Assembly: GCA_963524795.1 (NCBI GenBank)
Contig: CAURIB010000001.1
Coordinates: 1 to 50,767 of the forward strand
DNA length: 50,767 bases
From: an uncultured Streptococcus sp.
GTDB lineage: Bacteria > Bacillota > Bacilli > Lactobacillales > Streptococcaceae
Direction: 5' to 3'
Shown here: one piece after another, positions 28,596-39,201 of the stretch
Position numbering within the stretch: position 1 is the stretch's first letter
Layout: every line of letters starts with the position of its first letter
The notes under the pieces: model-generated
Seen by the model: the letters and a program-made list of their open reading frames with translations, nothing else
The model's database searches: none
What the model was told of the DNA's origin: nothing
Position numbers and translations under genes: made by a program

Positions 28596-29458
28596 CAACT
28601 CTCCCTCCTGTGTAGTCTTACTAAGCGAGCAATCGTATCTGGCAATTCTCGTCGTTTAATTATTGCATCTACAAAACCATGTTCCAGTAAAAACTCTGCT
28701 TTCTGGAAATCCTCTGGTAGGTCTTCTCTTACTGTATTTTCAATCACACGGCGTCCAGCAAAACCAACAAGACTTTGAGGTTCTGCTAAGATGATATCCC
28801 CTTCCATAGCAAAGGAAGCTGTAACACCTCCAGTTGTTGGATCCGTAAGGATTGTCAGATAAAAGAGACCTGCATTGGAATGGCGTTTAACAGCTACAGA
28901 GATTTTAGCCATCTGCATCAAACTCATGATTCCTTCTTGCATACGGGCACCACCAGAAGCCGTAAACAAGACGACTGGCAATTTCTCATCTGTGGCAAAT
29001 TCGAATAAGCGAGTGATTTTCTCACCAACAACTGTCCCCATTGACGCCATGATAAAGTTAGAATCCATGATGCCAAGGGCAACCTTCTCTCCCTTAATCA
29101 AAGCTGTTCCTGTTACAACAGCCTCATCAAGACCTGTCTTTTCACGCATCAAAGTCAATTTTTTACGATAGCCTGGAAAATTCAAAGGATCCTGGGTCTC
29201 AATCCCTTTAAACATTTCCAAAAACGTCCCCATATCAATGGTTAAAGCTAAACGCTCTTGAGCTGAAATACGGAAGGTATAGCCACAGTGAGGGCATATC
29301 CGCTCACTCCCCAAGTCCTTTTGGTAAATTGTATATTTGCAACCTGGACATTGGGAGAAGAGCTCATCTGGAACCTCTGGCTTGATCTGAGGTTGATTTA
29401 CAGTCGAACGATTGGGATTAATTCGTATATATTTATCTTTTTTACTAAATAGAGCCAT
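28595..29458 (-). CDS. accD: acetyl-CoA carboxylase carboxyltransferase beta
   Basis: CPGC..CPHC Zn finger and SGGARMQEG. Confidence 0.96.
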   Translation of the reverse strand: MALFSKKDKYIRINPNRSTVNQPQIKPEVPDELFSQCPGCKYTIYQKDLGSERICPHCGYTFRISAQERLALTIDMGTFLEMFKGIETQDPLNFPGYRKKLTLMREKTGLDEAVVTGTALIKGEKVALGIMDSNFIMASMGTVVGEKITRLFEFATDEKLPVVLFTASGGARMQEGIMSLMQMAKISVAVKRHSNAGLFYLTILTDPTTGGVTASFAMEGDIILAEPQSLVGFAGRRVIENTVREDLPEDFQKAEFLLEHGFVDAIIKRRELPDTIARLVRLHRRES

Positions 29459-29492
29459 ACATCCCCCTTTTCAGTCTCATACTCTTTTTACA

Positions 29493-30860
29493 TTATTCTT
29501 TTTCTTGATAGTGTGGTAAGAAAGTTTCCATCAAGAATGAAGTATCATAGTCTCCTGCTATCACTCGACGATCTGAAATCAGATCCAGTTGGAAATCAGC
29601 ATTGGTGACAACCCCTTCAATTTCGAGTTCATAAAGAGCTCGTTGCATTTTCATAAGTGCATCAAAACGATTTTCACCATGAACAATAATTTTAGCAATC
29701 ATACTATCATAGTATGGTGGAATGGTATAACCTGGATAAACTGCTGAGTCCACACGCAAGCCCACACCACCACTTGGTAGATAAAGATTGGTAATCTTAC
29801 CTGGACTTGGTGCAAAATTAAAGGCTGGGTTTTCTGCATTGATACGGCACTCAATGGCATGTCCTTTTAGAACAATATCTTCTTGCTTCAAGGTCAAAGG
29901 TTGACCTGCTGCGATACGGATTTGTTCCTTGACAATATCCACACCAGATACAAATTCGGTTACTGGATGTTCTACTTGGACACGCGTATTCATTTCCATA
30001 AAGTAGAATTTACCAGTCGCTTCATCTAGCAGGAATTCAATGGTCCCAGCATTCTCGTAACCAACAGACTCCGCTGCACGAACTGCCGCAGCACCAATTT
30101 CATTACGAAGGGTTTTCCCAATAGCAATCGAAGGACTTTCTTCTAAAACCTTTTGGTTATTCCGTTGCAGCGAACAGTCACGTTCACCAAGGTGAATAAC
30201 ATGACCCATCTGGTCAGCAAGAATCTGTACTTCAATATGTCGAGCAGGATAAATCACACGCTCTAGGTACATAGCTCCATTACCAAAGTTGGCTTTAGCT
30301 TCACTAGAGGCTGTTTCAAAGGCTGACACAAGATCTTCTGCTTTTTCAACCTTTCGAATCCCTTTTCCACCACCGCCAGCTGAAGCTTTCAGCATAACTG
30401 GATAACCAATTTTTTCGGCAATAGCGAGGGCCTCTTCTGCAGTATGGACTTCTCCATCTGATCCTGGAATGACAGGTACATTAGCCTTAATCATTTGAGC
30501 ACGGGCGTTAATTTTATCCCCCATGATATCCATGACACGAGCTGATGGTCCGATAAATTTGATCCCAACTTCTTCACACATGGTTGCAAATTTGGAATTT
30601 TCACTTAAAAAACCAAATCCAGGGTGAATGGCTTCAGCTTCAGTCAAGACCGCAGCTGAAAGGATGGCATTGATGTTCAGATAAGATTCTGTAGCCTTCC
30701 CAGGGCCGATACAGATAGCCTCATCAGCCAAAAGCGTGTGGAGAGCTTCCTTGTCAGCAGTCGAATAGACAGCGACTGTTGCGATTCCTAACTCTCGTGC
30801 CGCACGAATAATACGAACAGCAATTTCACCACGATTGGCAATTAAAATCTTACGAAACAT
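29493..30860 (-). CDS. accC: biotin carboxylase
   Basis: ANRGEIAVR, GGGGKG and EMNTRVQVEH motifs. Confidence 0.97.
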   Translation of the reverse strand: MFRKILIANRGEIAVRIIRAARELGIATVAVYSTADKEALHTLLADEAICIGPGKATESYLNINAILSAAVLTEAEAIHPGFGFLSENSKFATMCEEVGIKFIGPSARVMDIMGDKINARAQMIKANVPVIPGSDGEVHTAEEALAIAEKIGYPVMLKASAGGGGKGIRKVEKAEDLVSAFETASSEAKANFGNGAMYLERVIYPARHIEVQILADQMGHVIHLGERDCSLQRNNQKVLEESPSIAIGKTLRNEIGAAAVRAAESVGYENAGTIEFLLDEATGKFYFMEMNTRVQVEHPVTEFVSGVDIVKEQIRIAAGQPLTLKQEDIVLKGHAIECRINAENPAFNFAPSPGKITNLYLPSGGVGLRVDSAVYPGYTIPPYYDSMIAKIIVHGENRFDALMKMQRALYELEIEGVVTNADFQLDLISDRRVIAGDYDTSFLMETFLPHYQEKE

Positions 30861-30871
30861 GGAAAACCTCC

Positions 30872-31294
30872 CTAGTTTCCAATAGCAAAGGTTAAAGTAC
30901 CGCTTGCTGCAAGCTTACCATCTACTTCTGCCTTCGCTTCTACTACGGCGATTGTGCCACGACGTTTGACAAAAGTTGCTGTCATGACAAGCTGATCACC
31001 AGGAACAACTTGTTTTTTAAATTTAACTTTGTCCATACCAGCGTAGAAGACCAGCTTCCCTTTGTTTTCAGGTTTTGATAATTCCAAAACACCTGCTGTT
31101 TGTGCCAAAGCTTCCATGATCAAGACACCTGGCATCACAGGGTAAGCTGGAAAGTGTCCATTGAAGAAAGGTTCGTTAATCGTCACATTTTTAATAGCAA
31201 CGATTGAATCTTCACTAACTTCCAAAACACGATCCACTAAGAGCATAGGATAGCGGTGAGGCAAAGCTTCTTTAATTCCTTGAATATCAATCAT
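30872..31294 (-). CDS. fabZ: 3-hydroxyacyl-ACP dehydratase
   Basis: [11 protein letters not shown] and GHFP..PVMPGV motifs. Confidence 0.97.
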   Translation of the reverse strand: MIDIQGIKEALPHRYPMLLVDRVLEVSEDSIVAIKNVTINEPFFNGHFPAYPVMPGVLIMEALAQTAGVLELSKPENKGKLVFYAGMDKVKFKKQVVPGDQLVMTATFVKRRGTIAVVEAKAEVDGKLAASGTLTFAIGN

Positions 31295-31773
31295 TTGATA
31301 CGTACCAAGCCTTTCCCGAACTCAACCATTTCTTCATTGGCAACAAGAATTTCTGTTACGACACCATCTTTAGGTGCTGGAATTTCGTTCATGACCTTCA
31401 TAGCTTCGATGATGACCAAGGTTTGACCTTTTTTAACAGTATCACCGACTGAAACAAAATTAGGTTTGTCTGGTCCGGCAGCCAAGTAAGCAACTCCGAC
31501 AAGTGGACTTTCTACAAGGTCCCCCTCAGCTACAGATTCAGTAGAGCTTGTTTCTGAAACTGCTTCTACAGCTGGTGTTGAAGTTGGAGCTTGAGGTGCA
31601 ACTGTAGGTGCAGTTGCTGGAACCACAGGTTGAGGTGCTGGACTTGCTTCTGCAACAAGTTTTGCTTCATTTTTGCTGAAGACCAACTCGTCCGTTCCAT
31701 TTTTATAAGAAAATTCTCTCAAGCTTGACTGGTCAAATTGCGCCATCAAGTCTTTGATTTCATTTAAATTCAT
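31291..31773 (-). CDS. accB: biotin carboxyl carrier protein
   Basis: EAMKVMNE biotinylation motif and Ala/Pro linker. Confidence 0.96.
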   Translation of the reverse strand: MNLNEIKDLMAQFDQSSLREFSYKNGTDELVFSKNEAKLVAEASPAPQPVVPATAPTVAPQAPTSTPAVEAVSETSSTESVAEGDLVESPLVGVAYLAAGPDKPNFVSVGDTVKKGQTLVIIEAMKVMNEIPAPKDGVVTEILVANEEMVEFGKGLVRIK

Positions 31774-31775
31774 CT

Positions 31776-33011
31776 TTACTTATTCTCCCAACGTTTGAAA
31801 GCAAGAACTGCATTATGCCCACCAAATCCAAAGGTATTTGAGATAGCATATGGAATTTCACGTTCCAATCCTTGTCCATAGATAACGTTTGCTTCAATGT
31901 AGTCTGATAATTCTTTCGTTCCAGCTGTCATTGGAACATAGCTTTGACGAATAGCTTCAATAGTAGCGATTGCTTCAACAGCCCCTGCTGCTCCCAGCAA
32001 ATGACCTGTGAAAGATTTGGTTGAAGAAACTGGAACATCCTTACCTAGAACAGATACAATCGCTCCACTTTCTCCCTTTTCATTAGCAGGAGTTGATGTA
32101 CCGTGAGCATTGACATAGGCTACTTGGTCTGGTGTGATTTCAGCTTCCTTCAAGGCAAGTTTGATAGCTTTAATAGCACCTTGTCCTTCTGGATGTGGTG
32201 AAGTCATATGGTAGGCATCACAAGTGTTACCGTAACCAACAACTTCAGCTAAGATAGTTGCACTACGTTTTTCAGCATGCTCTAAACTTTCAAGAACCAA
32301 CATACCTGATCCTTCACCCATGACAAATCCATTACGATCCTTATCAAATGGAATAGAAGCACGAGTTGGGTCCTCTGTTGTTGAAAGAGCTGTCAAGGCT
32401 TGGAAACCTGCAATGGCAAATGGAGTGATAGAAGCCTCAGAACCACCAACTAGCATAACATCTTGGTAACCAAACTTGATGGAACGAAAGGCATCCCCAA
32501 TTGCATCATTTGAAGAAGCACAAGCAGTATTGATAGATTTACAAATCCCATTTGCCCCAAAACGCATAGCAACATTTCCTGATGCCATATTTGGTAAAGC
32601 TTTTGGAAGGGTCATCGGTTTCACACGTTTTGGACCTTTTTCATGAAGGCGAATGACTTGATCTTCGATTTCCTTGATTCCACCGATACCTGAAGCAACG
32701 ATGACACCAAAGCGATCCTTATCCAGAGCCTCTACCTCAAGACCTGCATGATTAACGGCTTCTTGTGCTGCATATAGCGCATACAAAGAATAAGCATCAA
32801 AACGGTTGGTATCTTTTTTTACAAAATATTTGTCAAAAGGAAAATCTTGGATTTCTGCCGCATTATGCACTGCAAATTCACTATGATCAAACTTAGTAAT
32901 TTCACCAATTCCAATCTTACCAGTTTTTAAGCTGTTCCAAAATTCTTCTGGTGTGTTTCCGATTGGAGATGTCACTCCATAACCTGTCACTACTACTCGA
33001 TTCAGTTTCAT
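31776..33011 (-). CDS. fabF: beta-ketoacyl-ACP synthase II
   Basis: TACAS, HGTST, GHLLGAAG and FGFGGHN motifs. Confidence 0.97.
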   Translation of the reverse strand: MKLNRVVVTGYGVTSPIGNTPEEFWNSLKTGKIGIGEITKFDHSEFAVHNAAEIQDFPFDKYFVKKDTNRFDAYSLYALYAAQEAVNHAGLEVEALDKDRFGVIVASGIGGIKEIEDQVIRLHEKGPKRVKPMTLPKALPNMASGNVAMRFGANGICKSINTACASSNDAIGDAFRSIKFGYQDVMLVGGSEASITPFAIAGFQALTALSTTEDPTRASIPFDKDRNGFVMGEGSGMLVLESLEHAEKRSATILAEVVGYGNTCDAYHMTSPHPEGQGAIKAIKLALKEAEITPDQVAYVNAHGTSTPANEKGESGAIVSVLGKDVPVSSTKSFTGHLLGAAGAVEAIATIEAIRQSYVPMTAGTKELSDYIEANVIYGQGLEREIPYAISNTFGFGGHNAVLAFKRWENK

Positions 33012-33033
33012 TCTTCTACCTCTATTTTAACTC

Positions 33034-33768
33034 TTATTGCATGGTTAGTCCACCATCAATTGCAATTACTTGTCCTGTTAGATAATCTTGACTAGCAAGA
33101 AAGGCTGTCACATCAGCTACCTGCTCTGCTTGCCCAAACTGTTTCATCGGAATTTGCGCCAACATGGCATCCTTTACTTTATCTGTCAAGACAGCGGTCA
33201 TATCCGATTCAATCATTCCTGGCGCAATAGCATTTACTCTCACATTGCGATTGGCTACCTCACGTGCTACTGATTTGGTAAATCCAATTAGACCAGCCTT
33301 AGATGCAGCGTAGTTCGCTTGACCGATATTTCCCATCAAACCAACGACACTGGACATATTGATAATGGCCCCTTCACGAGATTTTATCATCTGCTTCAAG
33401 ACTGCTTGCGTCATGTTGAAGGCTCCCGTTAGATTGACTTTCAAGACCTTCTCAAAATCTTCTTCTGTCATCTTCAGCATGAGAGTGTCTTGAGTAATCC
33501 CGGCGTTATTAACTAGGACGTCAACTGAACCTAGCCCTTCAATAGCTTGGTCCACCATTCGTTTTGCATCCGTAAAATCAGAAACATCACCAGAAATAGC
33601 AAGAACCTTCACCCCGTAAGGTTTAAATTCGTCTAGAAGCTCCTCGGAGATTTCACCACGACTATTCAAGACAACGTTGGCTCCCAAGCTGGCAAATTTA
33701 TGAGCAATGGCAAGACCAATTCCTCGACTTGAGCCCGTAATAAAGACATTTTTCTGTTCTAGTTTCAT
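33034..33768 (-). CDS. fabG: 3-oxoacyl-ACP reductase
   Basis: TGSSRGIG, NNAGIT and YAASK motifs. Confidence 0.96.
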   Translation of the reverse strand: MKLEQKNVFITGSSRGIGLAIAHKFASLGANVVLNSRGEISEELLDEFKPYGVKVLAISGDVSDFTDAKRMVDQAIEGLGSVDVLVNNAGITQDTLMLKMTEEDFEKVLKVNLTGAFNMTQAVLKQMIKSREGAIINMSSVVGLMGNIGQANYAASKAGLIGFTKSVAREVANRNVRVNAIAPGMIESDMTAVLTDKVKDAMLAQIPMKQFGQAEQVADVTAFLASQDYLTGQVIAIDGGLTMQ

Positions 33769-33800
33769 TTTTCTCCTTTCAGAACTTCTACCATTTTGGT

Positions 33801-34721
33801 CTAATTTTCTAAGAGTGCTTGTAAACTTGCTTGATCTTCCACATTTGCAAGTTGAGCAGTTTTATCAATCTTTTTGACGAATCCAGACAAGACTTTCCCA
33901 GGACCGATCTCGATAAAACGCGTCACACCAGCTTCTTGCATGACTGCAATGCTTTCATAGAAACGCACAGGTTCCTTTACTTGACGAGTCAAGAGTTCTG
34001 CAATTCGTTCTTTTTCCATGACTTTTGCTTCTGTATTACCAACAAGTGGACAAGCAAAGTCATTAAACTCAACATCTTCTAGGACTTGAGCTAATTTTTG
34101 ACTAGCAGATTCCAATAAGGCTGTATGGAAAGGTCCAGAAACATTTAGCGGAATCAAACGCTTTGCTCCTGCTTCTTGCAAGAGTTCAACTGCACGATCT
34201 ACCGCCACTACCTCACCACCAATAACAATTTGACTTGGGGTATTGTAGTTAGCTGGAGTCACAACACCAAGTTGAGAAGCTTCTTGACAAGCTTGTTCAA
34301 TAACTTCAACTGGAGTATTGAGTACGGCTACCATTTTACCAGACCCAGCAGGTGCCGCTTCTTCCATATAAGATCCACGCTTAGCAACTAGAGCCACCGC
34401 ATCCTCAAAATCCAAAGCACCACTAGCTACGAGGGCAGAATATTCACCAAGAGACAGACCTGCCACCATATCTGGTTGGTAACCCTTCTCCTTTAGTAGT
34501 CGGTAAATGGAAACGGATGTAGCCAAAATAGCTGGTTGTGTGTAACGAGTCTGATTTAGCTTCGTTTCATCGTTATCAATCAAGTCACGAAGATCATAAC
34601 CTAAGACCTGGCTAGCTTGGTCGATTGTTTCCTTGACGATAGCATATTGGTCGTATAGTTCACGTCCCATTCCAAGGTACTGGGCTCCTTGACCTGCAAA
34701 TAAAAAGGCTGTTTTAGTCAT
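33801..34721 (-). CDS. fabD: malonyl-CoA:ACP transacylase
   Basis: GQGAQ, GLSLGEY and GPFH motifs. Start at MTKTAF. Confidence 0.96.
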   Translation of the reverse strand: MTKTAFLFAGQGAQYLGMGRELYDQYAIVKETIDQASQVLGYDLRDLIDNDETKLNQTRYTQPAILATSVSIYRLLKEKGYQPDMVAGLSLGEYSALVASGALDFEDAVALVAKRGSYMEEAAPAGSGKMVAVLNTPVEVIEQACQEASQLGVVTPANYNTPSQIVIGGEVVAVDRAVELLQEAGAKRLIPLNVSGPFHTALLESASQKLAQVLEDVEFNDFACPLVGNTEAKVMEKERIAELLTRQVKEPVRFYESIAVMQEAGVTRFIEIGPGKVLSGFVKKIDKTAQLANVEDQASLQALLEN

Positions 34722-35688
34722 TTCTTGTAACTCCTGCCCAACGAGCGGCTTCTTCCTGTATTTTCTTAGCTGCACCGTAGTAAATATCCTTTAAGATTTC
34801 TTCAACAGTTTCTTCTTTCGAAACCAGACCTGCAATCTGACCAGCCATCACTGAACCGCCATCCACATCACCATGGACAACAGCCTTAGCTAAGGCTCCT
34901 GCGCCCATTTGTTCAAAAATTTCTAAATCTGGATTTTCTTGTTTGAAGGCATCTTTTTCAGCTTGCTCGAAATCACGAGTCAATTTGTTTTTAATGGCAC
35001 GAACTGCGTGTCCAAAATGTTGTGCTGAAATCGTTGTATCAATATCACGAGCTTTTAAAATTTTAGCTTTATAGTTTGGATGGGCATTTGATTCTTTAGC
35101 AACTACAAAACGAGTTCCTACTTGCACAGCTTCTGCACCAAGCATAAAGCCAGCAGCTGCACCCTCGCCGTCCGCTATACCTCCAGCAGCAATAACAGGA
35201 ATTGAAACAGCAGCTACAACTTGACGAACCAAGGTCATAGTTGTTAACTTGCCAATGTGTCCCCCAGCTTCCATACCTTCAGCAATGACGGCATCCGCAC
35301 CAATTTTTTCCATGCGTTTTGCCAAAGCCACACTTGGGACAACTGGAATAACAGTAATCCCTGCCTCATGGAATCGTTCCATGTATTTACTTGGATTCCC
35401 TGCGCCAGTTGTAACAACCTTAACCCCTTCTTCAATCACAAGATCAACGATATCTTCAACAAATGGAGACAAAAGCATAATGTTGACACCAAATGGCTTA
35501 TCTGTTAATGATTTAATCTTATCGATATTGGCCTTAACCACTTCCTTGGGAGCATTTCCTCCACCAATGATACCTAGACCACCTGCCTTTGAAACAGCTC
35601 CAGCAAGGTCACCATCAGCAACCCAGGCCATTCCTCCTTGAAAGATAGGATATTTAATGTTCAATAATTCTGTAATACGTGTTTTCAT
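34714..35688 (-). CDS. fabK: enoyl-ACP reductase II
   Basis: PIFQGGMAW, EAGGHIG and AAGGIADG motifs. Confidence 0.96.
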   Translation of the reverse strand: MKTRITELLNIKYPIFQGGMAWVADGDLAGAVSKAGGLGIIGGGNAPKEVVKANIDKIKSLTDKPFGVNIMLLSPFVEDIVDLVIEEGVKVVTTGAGNPSKYMERFHEAGITVIPVVPSVALAKRMEKIGADAVIAEGMEAGGHIGKLTTMTLVRQVVAAVSIPVIAAGGIADGEGAAAGFMLGAEAVQVGTRFVVAKESNAHPNYKAKILKARDIDTTISAQHFGHAVRAIKNKLTRDFEQAEKDAFKQENPDLEIFEQMGAGALAKAVVHGDVDGGSVMAGQIAGLVSKEETVEEILKDIYYGAAKKIQEEAARWAGVTRND

Positions 35689-35728
35689 AGCGCCTCCATG
35701 AGTCTTGCTTAGGTAATAGTTCGACCAT

Positions 35729-35750
35729 ATTATACTTTGACTGTCAAACT
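35729..35750 (-). promoter_or_regulatory. fabK -10 element with FabT operator
   Basis: Palindrome ACTTTGACTGTCAAACT abuts a TATAAT on the minus strand. Confidence 0.78.
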
Positions 35751-35803
35751 ATTACCTGAACAAGAGGGAGCGGGTTTCCCTACTCCTTCTCCATTTATTT
35801 AAA

Positions 35804-36028
35804 TTATTTTGTTTGCTCTTCAACGTAAGCAACCAAGTCACCAACTGTTTTCAAATTGTCTTCTGCTTCGATTTGGATATCAAAAGCGTCTTCAATTTCT
35901 GAGATTACTTGGAACAAGTCCAATGAATCTGCTTCTAAATCATCAAAAGTAGATTCAAGTGTTACTTCTGATGCATCTTTTCCAAGTTCTTCAACGATAA
36001 TTTCTTGTACTTTTTCAAATACTGCCAT
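35804..36028 (-). CDS. acpP: acyl carrier protein
   Basis: DLEADSLD phosphopantetheine site. Confidence 0.96.
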   Translation of the reverse strand: MAVFEKVQEIIVEELGKDASEVTLESTFDDLEADSLDLFQVISEIEDAFDIQIEAEDNLKTVGDLVAYVEEQTK

Positions 36029-36084
36029 GATAGACTCCTTTAAAATAAATAGTTTTTATAAAAATGTGTTTACCACATCATTAC

Positions 36085-37059
36085 CTAAATTGTAACAACA
36101 AGTGTGCCCCATGTCAAACCTCCACCGAAGCCTGATAAGAGTATTTTTTGGCTACCATCCAAATGGATTAGCCCTTCTTCTACACACTCTGAAAGCAAAA
36201 TCGGAATACTTGCCGCACTAGTATTGCCATACTTGGTCATATTTGCGGGAAGCTTATCACGATCTACACCGATCTTTCTAGCCATCTTATCCAAGATACG
36301 GTTATTGGCCTGATGAAGCAGGAGATAGTCTAGTTCTTCTGCAGATACAGGACTCATCTCTATGGTCTCCTTGATAGACTTAGCAACATCTCGAATTGCA
36401 AAGTCAAAAACTGCTCGACCATCCATTTTCAAGAAAGCGTCTGGCTTTTCTTGAACTGAAAATGGGGAAGTCAAGCCTGTCTGCCCATAGGTCAAGCACT
36501 CACTACGTGAACCATCGCTATTGAGACTCTCCGCTAGGAAATGTTGCTTATCGCTTGCTTCTAACAAGACGCCACCAGCTCCATCTCCAAATAGGACAGC
36601 TGTTGAACGATCTGTCCAGTCCAAGGTTTTGGACATAGTTTCACTACCGATGACCAAGCCCTTGCTAAAGCGACCTGATGATATGAATTTCTCAGCTGTT
36701 GAAAGGGCAAAGGTGAAACCACTACAAGCGGCGGTGAGATCAAATGCAAAGGCCTTACGAGCACCGATTCTAGCCTGAACACGAGCGGCTGTAGAAGGCA
36801 TCATCGAGTCAGGTGTCATCGTAGCTAAGATGATGAAATTCACCTCCTCAGCAGCTAGCCCTGCCTTCTCTAAAAGCTGTTTGGCAACTTCAGTAGCCAA
36901 ATCCCCAGTTGACTCGGTCTTAGAAATGCGACGCTCTTTGATTCCAGTTCGACTTGAAATCCATTCGTCACTCGTATCCATAATCTGAGCCAAATCTTCA
37001 TTTGTGACAATCTGCTCTGGAACATAATGAGCAACCTGGCTTATTTTCGCAAAAGCCAT
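36085..37059 (-). CDS. fabH: beta-ketoacyl-ACP synthase III
   Basis: AACSGF, HQAN and GNTSAASIP motifs. Confidence 0.97.
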   Translation of the reverse strand: MAFAKISQVAHYVPEQIVTNEDLAQIMDTSDEWISSRTGIKERRISKTESTGDLATEVAKQLLEKAGLAAEEVNFIILATMTPDSMMPSTAARVQARIGARKAFAFDLTAACSGFTFALSTAEKFISSGRFSKGLVIGSETMSKTLDWTDRSTAVLFGDGAGGVLLEASDKQHFLAESLNSDGSRSECLTYGQTGLTSPFSVQEKPDAFLKMDGRAVFDFAIRDVAKSIKETIEMSPVSAEELDYLLLHQANNRILDKMARKIGVDRDKLPANMTKYGNTSAASIPILLSECVEEGLIHLDGSQKILLSGFGGGLTWGTLVVTI

Positions 37060-37493
37060 TATTTCAAATCCTCCAAAAATTGATAAAGATTGGTCAAACC
37101 TTTACTCATGACATCCATTTCCTCTGGGCTCATGCCTTCGATGATTCTTTCAACCATGGCCTTGTGGAAACGCTTATGTAGTCGATGTACCAAGCGACCT
37201 TTCTTTGTCAAATGCAGATGTACTACACGACGATCCTGATCTGAACGTAAACGTTCGATGTAACCTTTTCGTTCCAAGTTGTTCAAGCTAGTTGTCACTG
37301 TTCCTAGAGTTACCATCAACTCTTTGGACACTTGACTTGGAGTCACATCTGGAAACTTGCCAATCACATCAATCGTGTGCATTTCCTTGATGGAGATATC
37401 CTTGAAACGACTACCTCTCAAACTCACTTCCTCAATCACCAGGACGTTATTAAAAATAGATGTTAAATAGTCATTGATCCGTTGGTAGTCCAA
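37059..37493 (-). CDS. fabT: MarR-family fatty-acid biosynthesis repressor
   Basis: wHTH with DRRVV; located between fabM and fabH; TTG start behind GAGGG. Confidence 0.92.
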   Translation of the reverse strand: MDYQRINDYLTSIFNNVLVIEEVSLRGSRFKDISIKEMHTIDVIGKFPDVTPSQVSKELMVTLGTVTTSLNNLERKGYIERLRSDQDRRVVHLHLTKKGRLVHRLHKRFHKAMVERIIEGMSPEEMDVMSKGLTNLYQFLEDLK

Positions 37494-37518
37494 TTTTTTT
37501 CCCTCCCTCATCAAAAAA

Positions 37519-37535
37519 AGTTTAACTATCAAAAC
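37519..37535. promoter_or_regulatory. FabT operator upstream of fabT
   Basis: GTTTTGATAGTTAAACT on the minus strand, similar to the fabK palindrome. Confidence 0.7.
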
Positions 37536-37585
37536 ATTTGACAAAAAAAGTATATCAAACTTCAAAGAATTGCGCAAGTATTTTA

Positions 37586-38371
37586 TTATTTCCCCAAAAA
37601 TTTTGGACGTCTTCTTTCAGAATGTGCACGAACACCTTCCTTAAAATCTTCGGTATAAGATAGAGTTTCCTGTAGCTCCAGTTCCAATTTGGCATATTCA
37701 TGCCACTGCTTAAACTCGCTCTCCCAGACCAATTTCTTAATGGCTGCGTAAGAGTTAGTAGAGCCTCTTCTCAACTTCTTCAACAGTTGCTCTCTTGTCT
37801 TTTCCAGTTGCTCACTAGCACACAGACGATAGACAGCTCCTGCTTCTAAAGCCTTCTCAGCTGTAAAAGCTTCACCGGTCATAGCAAGTTGCGTTGCCCG
37901 AGTCGCTCCTAGCGATCGTGTCAGCAAGAATAAACCGCCCGCATCAGGAGCCAAGCCTACGCCTACAAAGGCTTGAATAAATTTAGCCTTGTCCGATGCA
38001 ATACAGAAATCAACAGCCAAGGCCATATTGGCAGCTGCACCAGCAACTGCTCCGTCTACTTCCATGATGACAGGCTTAGGAATTTGCTTCAATTTATAAG
38101 AAATGGCATTGACTAATTCTGCAATCTGAGCCAAGGATGCAATATCATCCTCATCGACAGCTCGTTTCATCTCTACCAAGTCCCCTCCGACAGAAAAAAC
38201 TTTGCCTCTTGCATTGATGAGAATATAGGAAACAGCACTATCTTTTTCAGCTAATTCTAAGGCTTCTAAAATTTCCTGACACATAGAAATATGAAAGCCA
38301 TTTGCTACCTCGGGACGATTCAGAGTAAGTATCGCTAGATCGTCCTGAACTTGATAGATAATATGATTCAT
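37586..38371 (-). CDS. fabM: trans-2,cis-3-decenoyl-ACP isomerase
   Basis: Crotonase fold ([20 protein letters not shown]) at the head of the fab cluster. Confidence 0.92.
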   Translation of the reverse strand: MNHIIYQVQDDLAILTLNRPEVANGFHISMCQEILEALELAEKDSAVSYILINARGKVFSVGGDLVEMKRAVDEDDIASLAQIAELVNAISYKLKQIPKPVIMEVDGAVAGAAANMALAVDFCIASDKAKFIQAFVGVGLAPDAGGLFLLTRSLGATRATQLAMTGEAFTAEKALEAGAVYRLCASEQLEKTREQLLKKLRRGSTNSYAAIKKLVWESEFKQWHEYAKLELELQETLSYTEDFKEGVRAHSERRRPKFLGK

Positions 38372-38481
38372 AGGCACTCCTTTCAAATTACAATGATGTT
38401 TAAATTATTTTATTTTCAAATTATATCTTTTTCCGGATTTTTAAACAAGAGAAAAATCGACCGAAAGTGTCTCGGCCGATT

Positions 38482-39042
38482 TTAAAACCTTAGTTTGGTC
38501 TCTAAAAATACAGGAAAACCAGTACTTGTATCATCCACGAAATCATAAATCACTTCAAGCATTCGTCCTCCTTCTCTCTGATAAAGCTGTTCTTGGTTGG
38601 ATCCCTTGTGGTAGAATTCTCCTGAAACCATGTAAAAAACACGATTGGGATCTTCTAGGTAGGCAAAAAGATTCCCTGTAAAAGGAGCTTCCTTATCCCC
38701 GTCCTTGTTGACCAGACTTGCAGCTAAGAGTTTCGTAATTCCTCTAAATTGTCCACTTTCATCTGTTCGACAGTAAAACTTGACTCTAGCTTCATAGTTA
38801 GGATTGACGATAACCTTTTCAGAGAGAATTCGATAGGTCCTTGCCTTACCATCTGACAAGCCGATAGATAAGATAATTTTAGCCCTCTCAACTGAAATCT
38901 GACCTTCCTGAGCATATTCCATCGCTAATTCTTCTCCGGTCAAACGACAACTGGGAAGAGGTTGAGACTTTGCTCCGATATTTGTAGGAATCATCACGAA
39001 GGTAAGGACTAGTAAGATTAAACAAACTACTCTTTTAATCAT
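38482..39042 (-). CDS. hypothetical secreted protein
   Basis: Basic N-terminus plus hydrophobic core (signal peptide). Own promoter TTGAAA-17-TATAAT at 39090-39118. Confidence 0.7.
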   Translation of the reverse strand: MIKRVVCLILLVLTFVMIPTNIGAKSQPLPSCRLTGEELAMEYAQEGQISVERAKIILSIGLSDGKARTYRILSEKVIVNPNYEARVKFYCRTDESGQFRGITKLLAASLVNKDGDKEAPFTGNLFAYLEDPNRVFYMVSGEFYHKGSNQEQLYQREGGRMLEVIYDFVDDTSTGFPVFLETKLRF

Positions 39043-39143
39043 CTTCCCCCAACTCCTTTCATTAGAAGAGTCTTTCCTCCTACACCTTTATTATAAGCTT
39101 TCCTGATGATACTTTCAAACAATTGTATAGGATATTTTCCAGA

Positions 39144-39172
39144 TTGAAAAAAGCCCCTCTTTCTGCTATAAT
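39144..39172 (+). promoter_or_regulatory. lysC promoter
   Basis: TTGAAA-17 nt-TATAAT with extended TG. Confidence 0.78.
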
Positions 39173-39201
39173 CGTATAAAATACTTACTTTAGGAGTTCT
39201 T

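Noticed and set aside
39039..39080. 7-codon uORF MKGVGGR overlapping the secreted-protein start
   Set aside because: SD-to-ATG spacing is about 13 nt and the ORF is too short to support from sequence alone.
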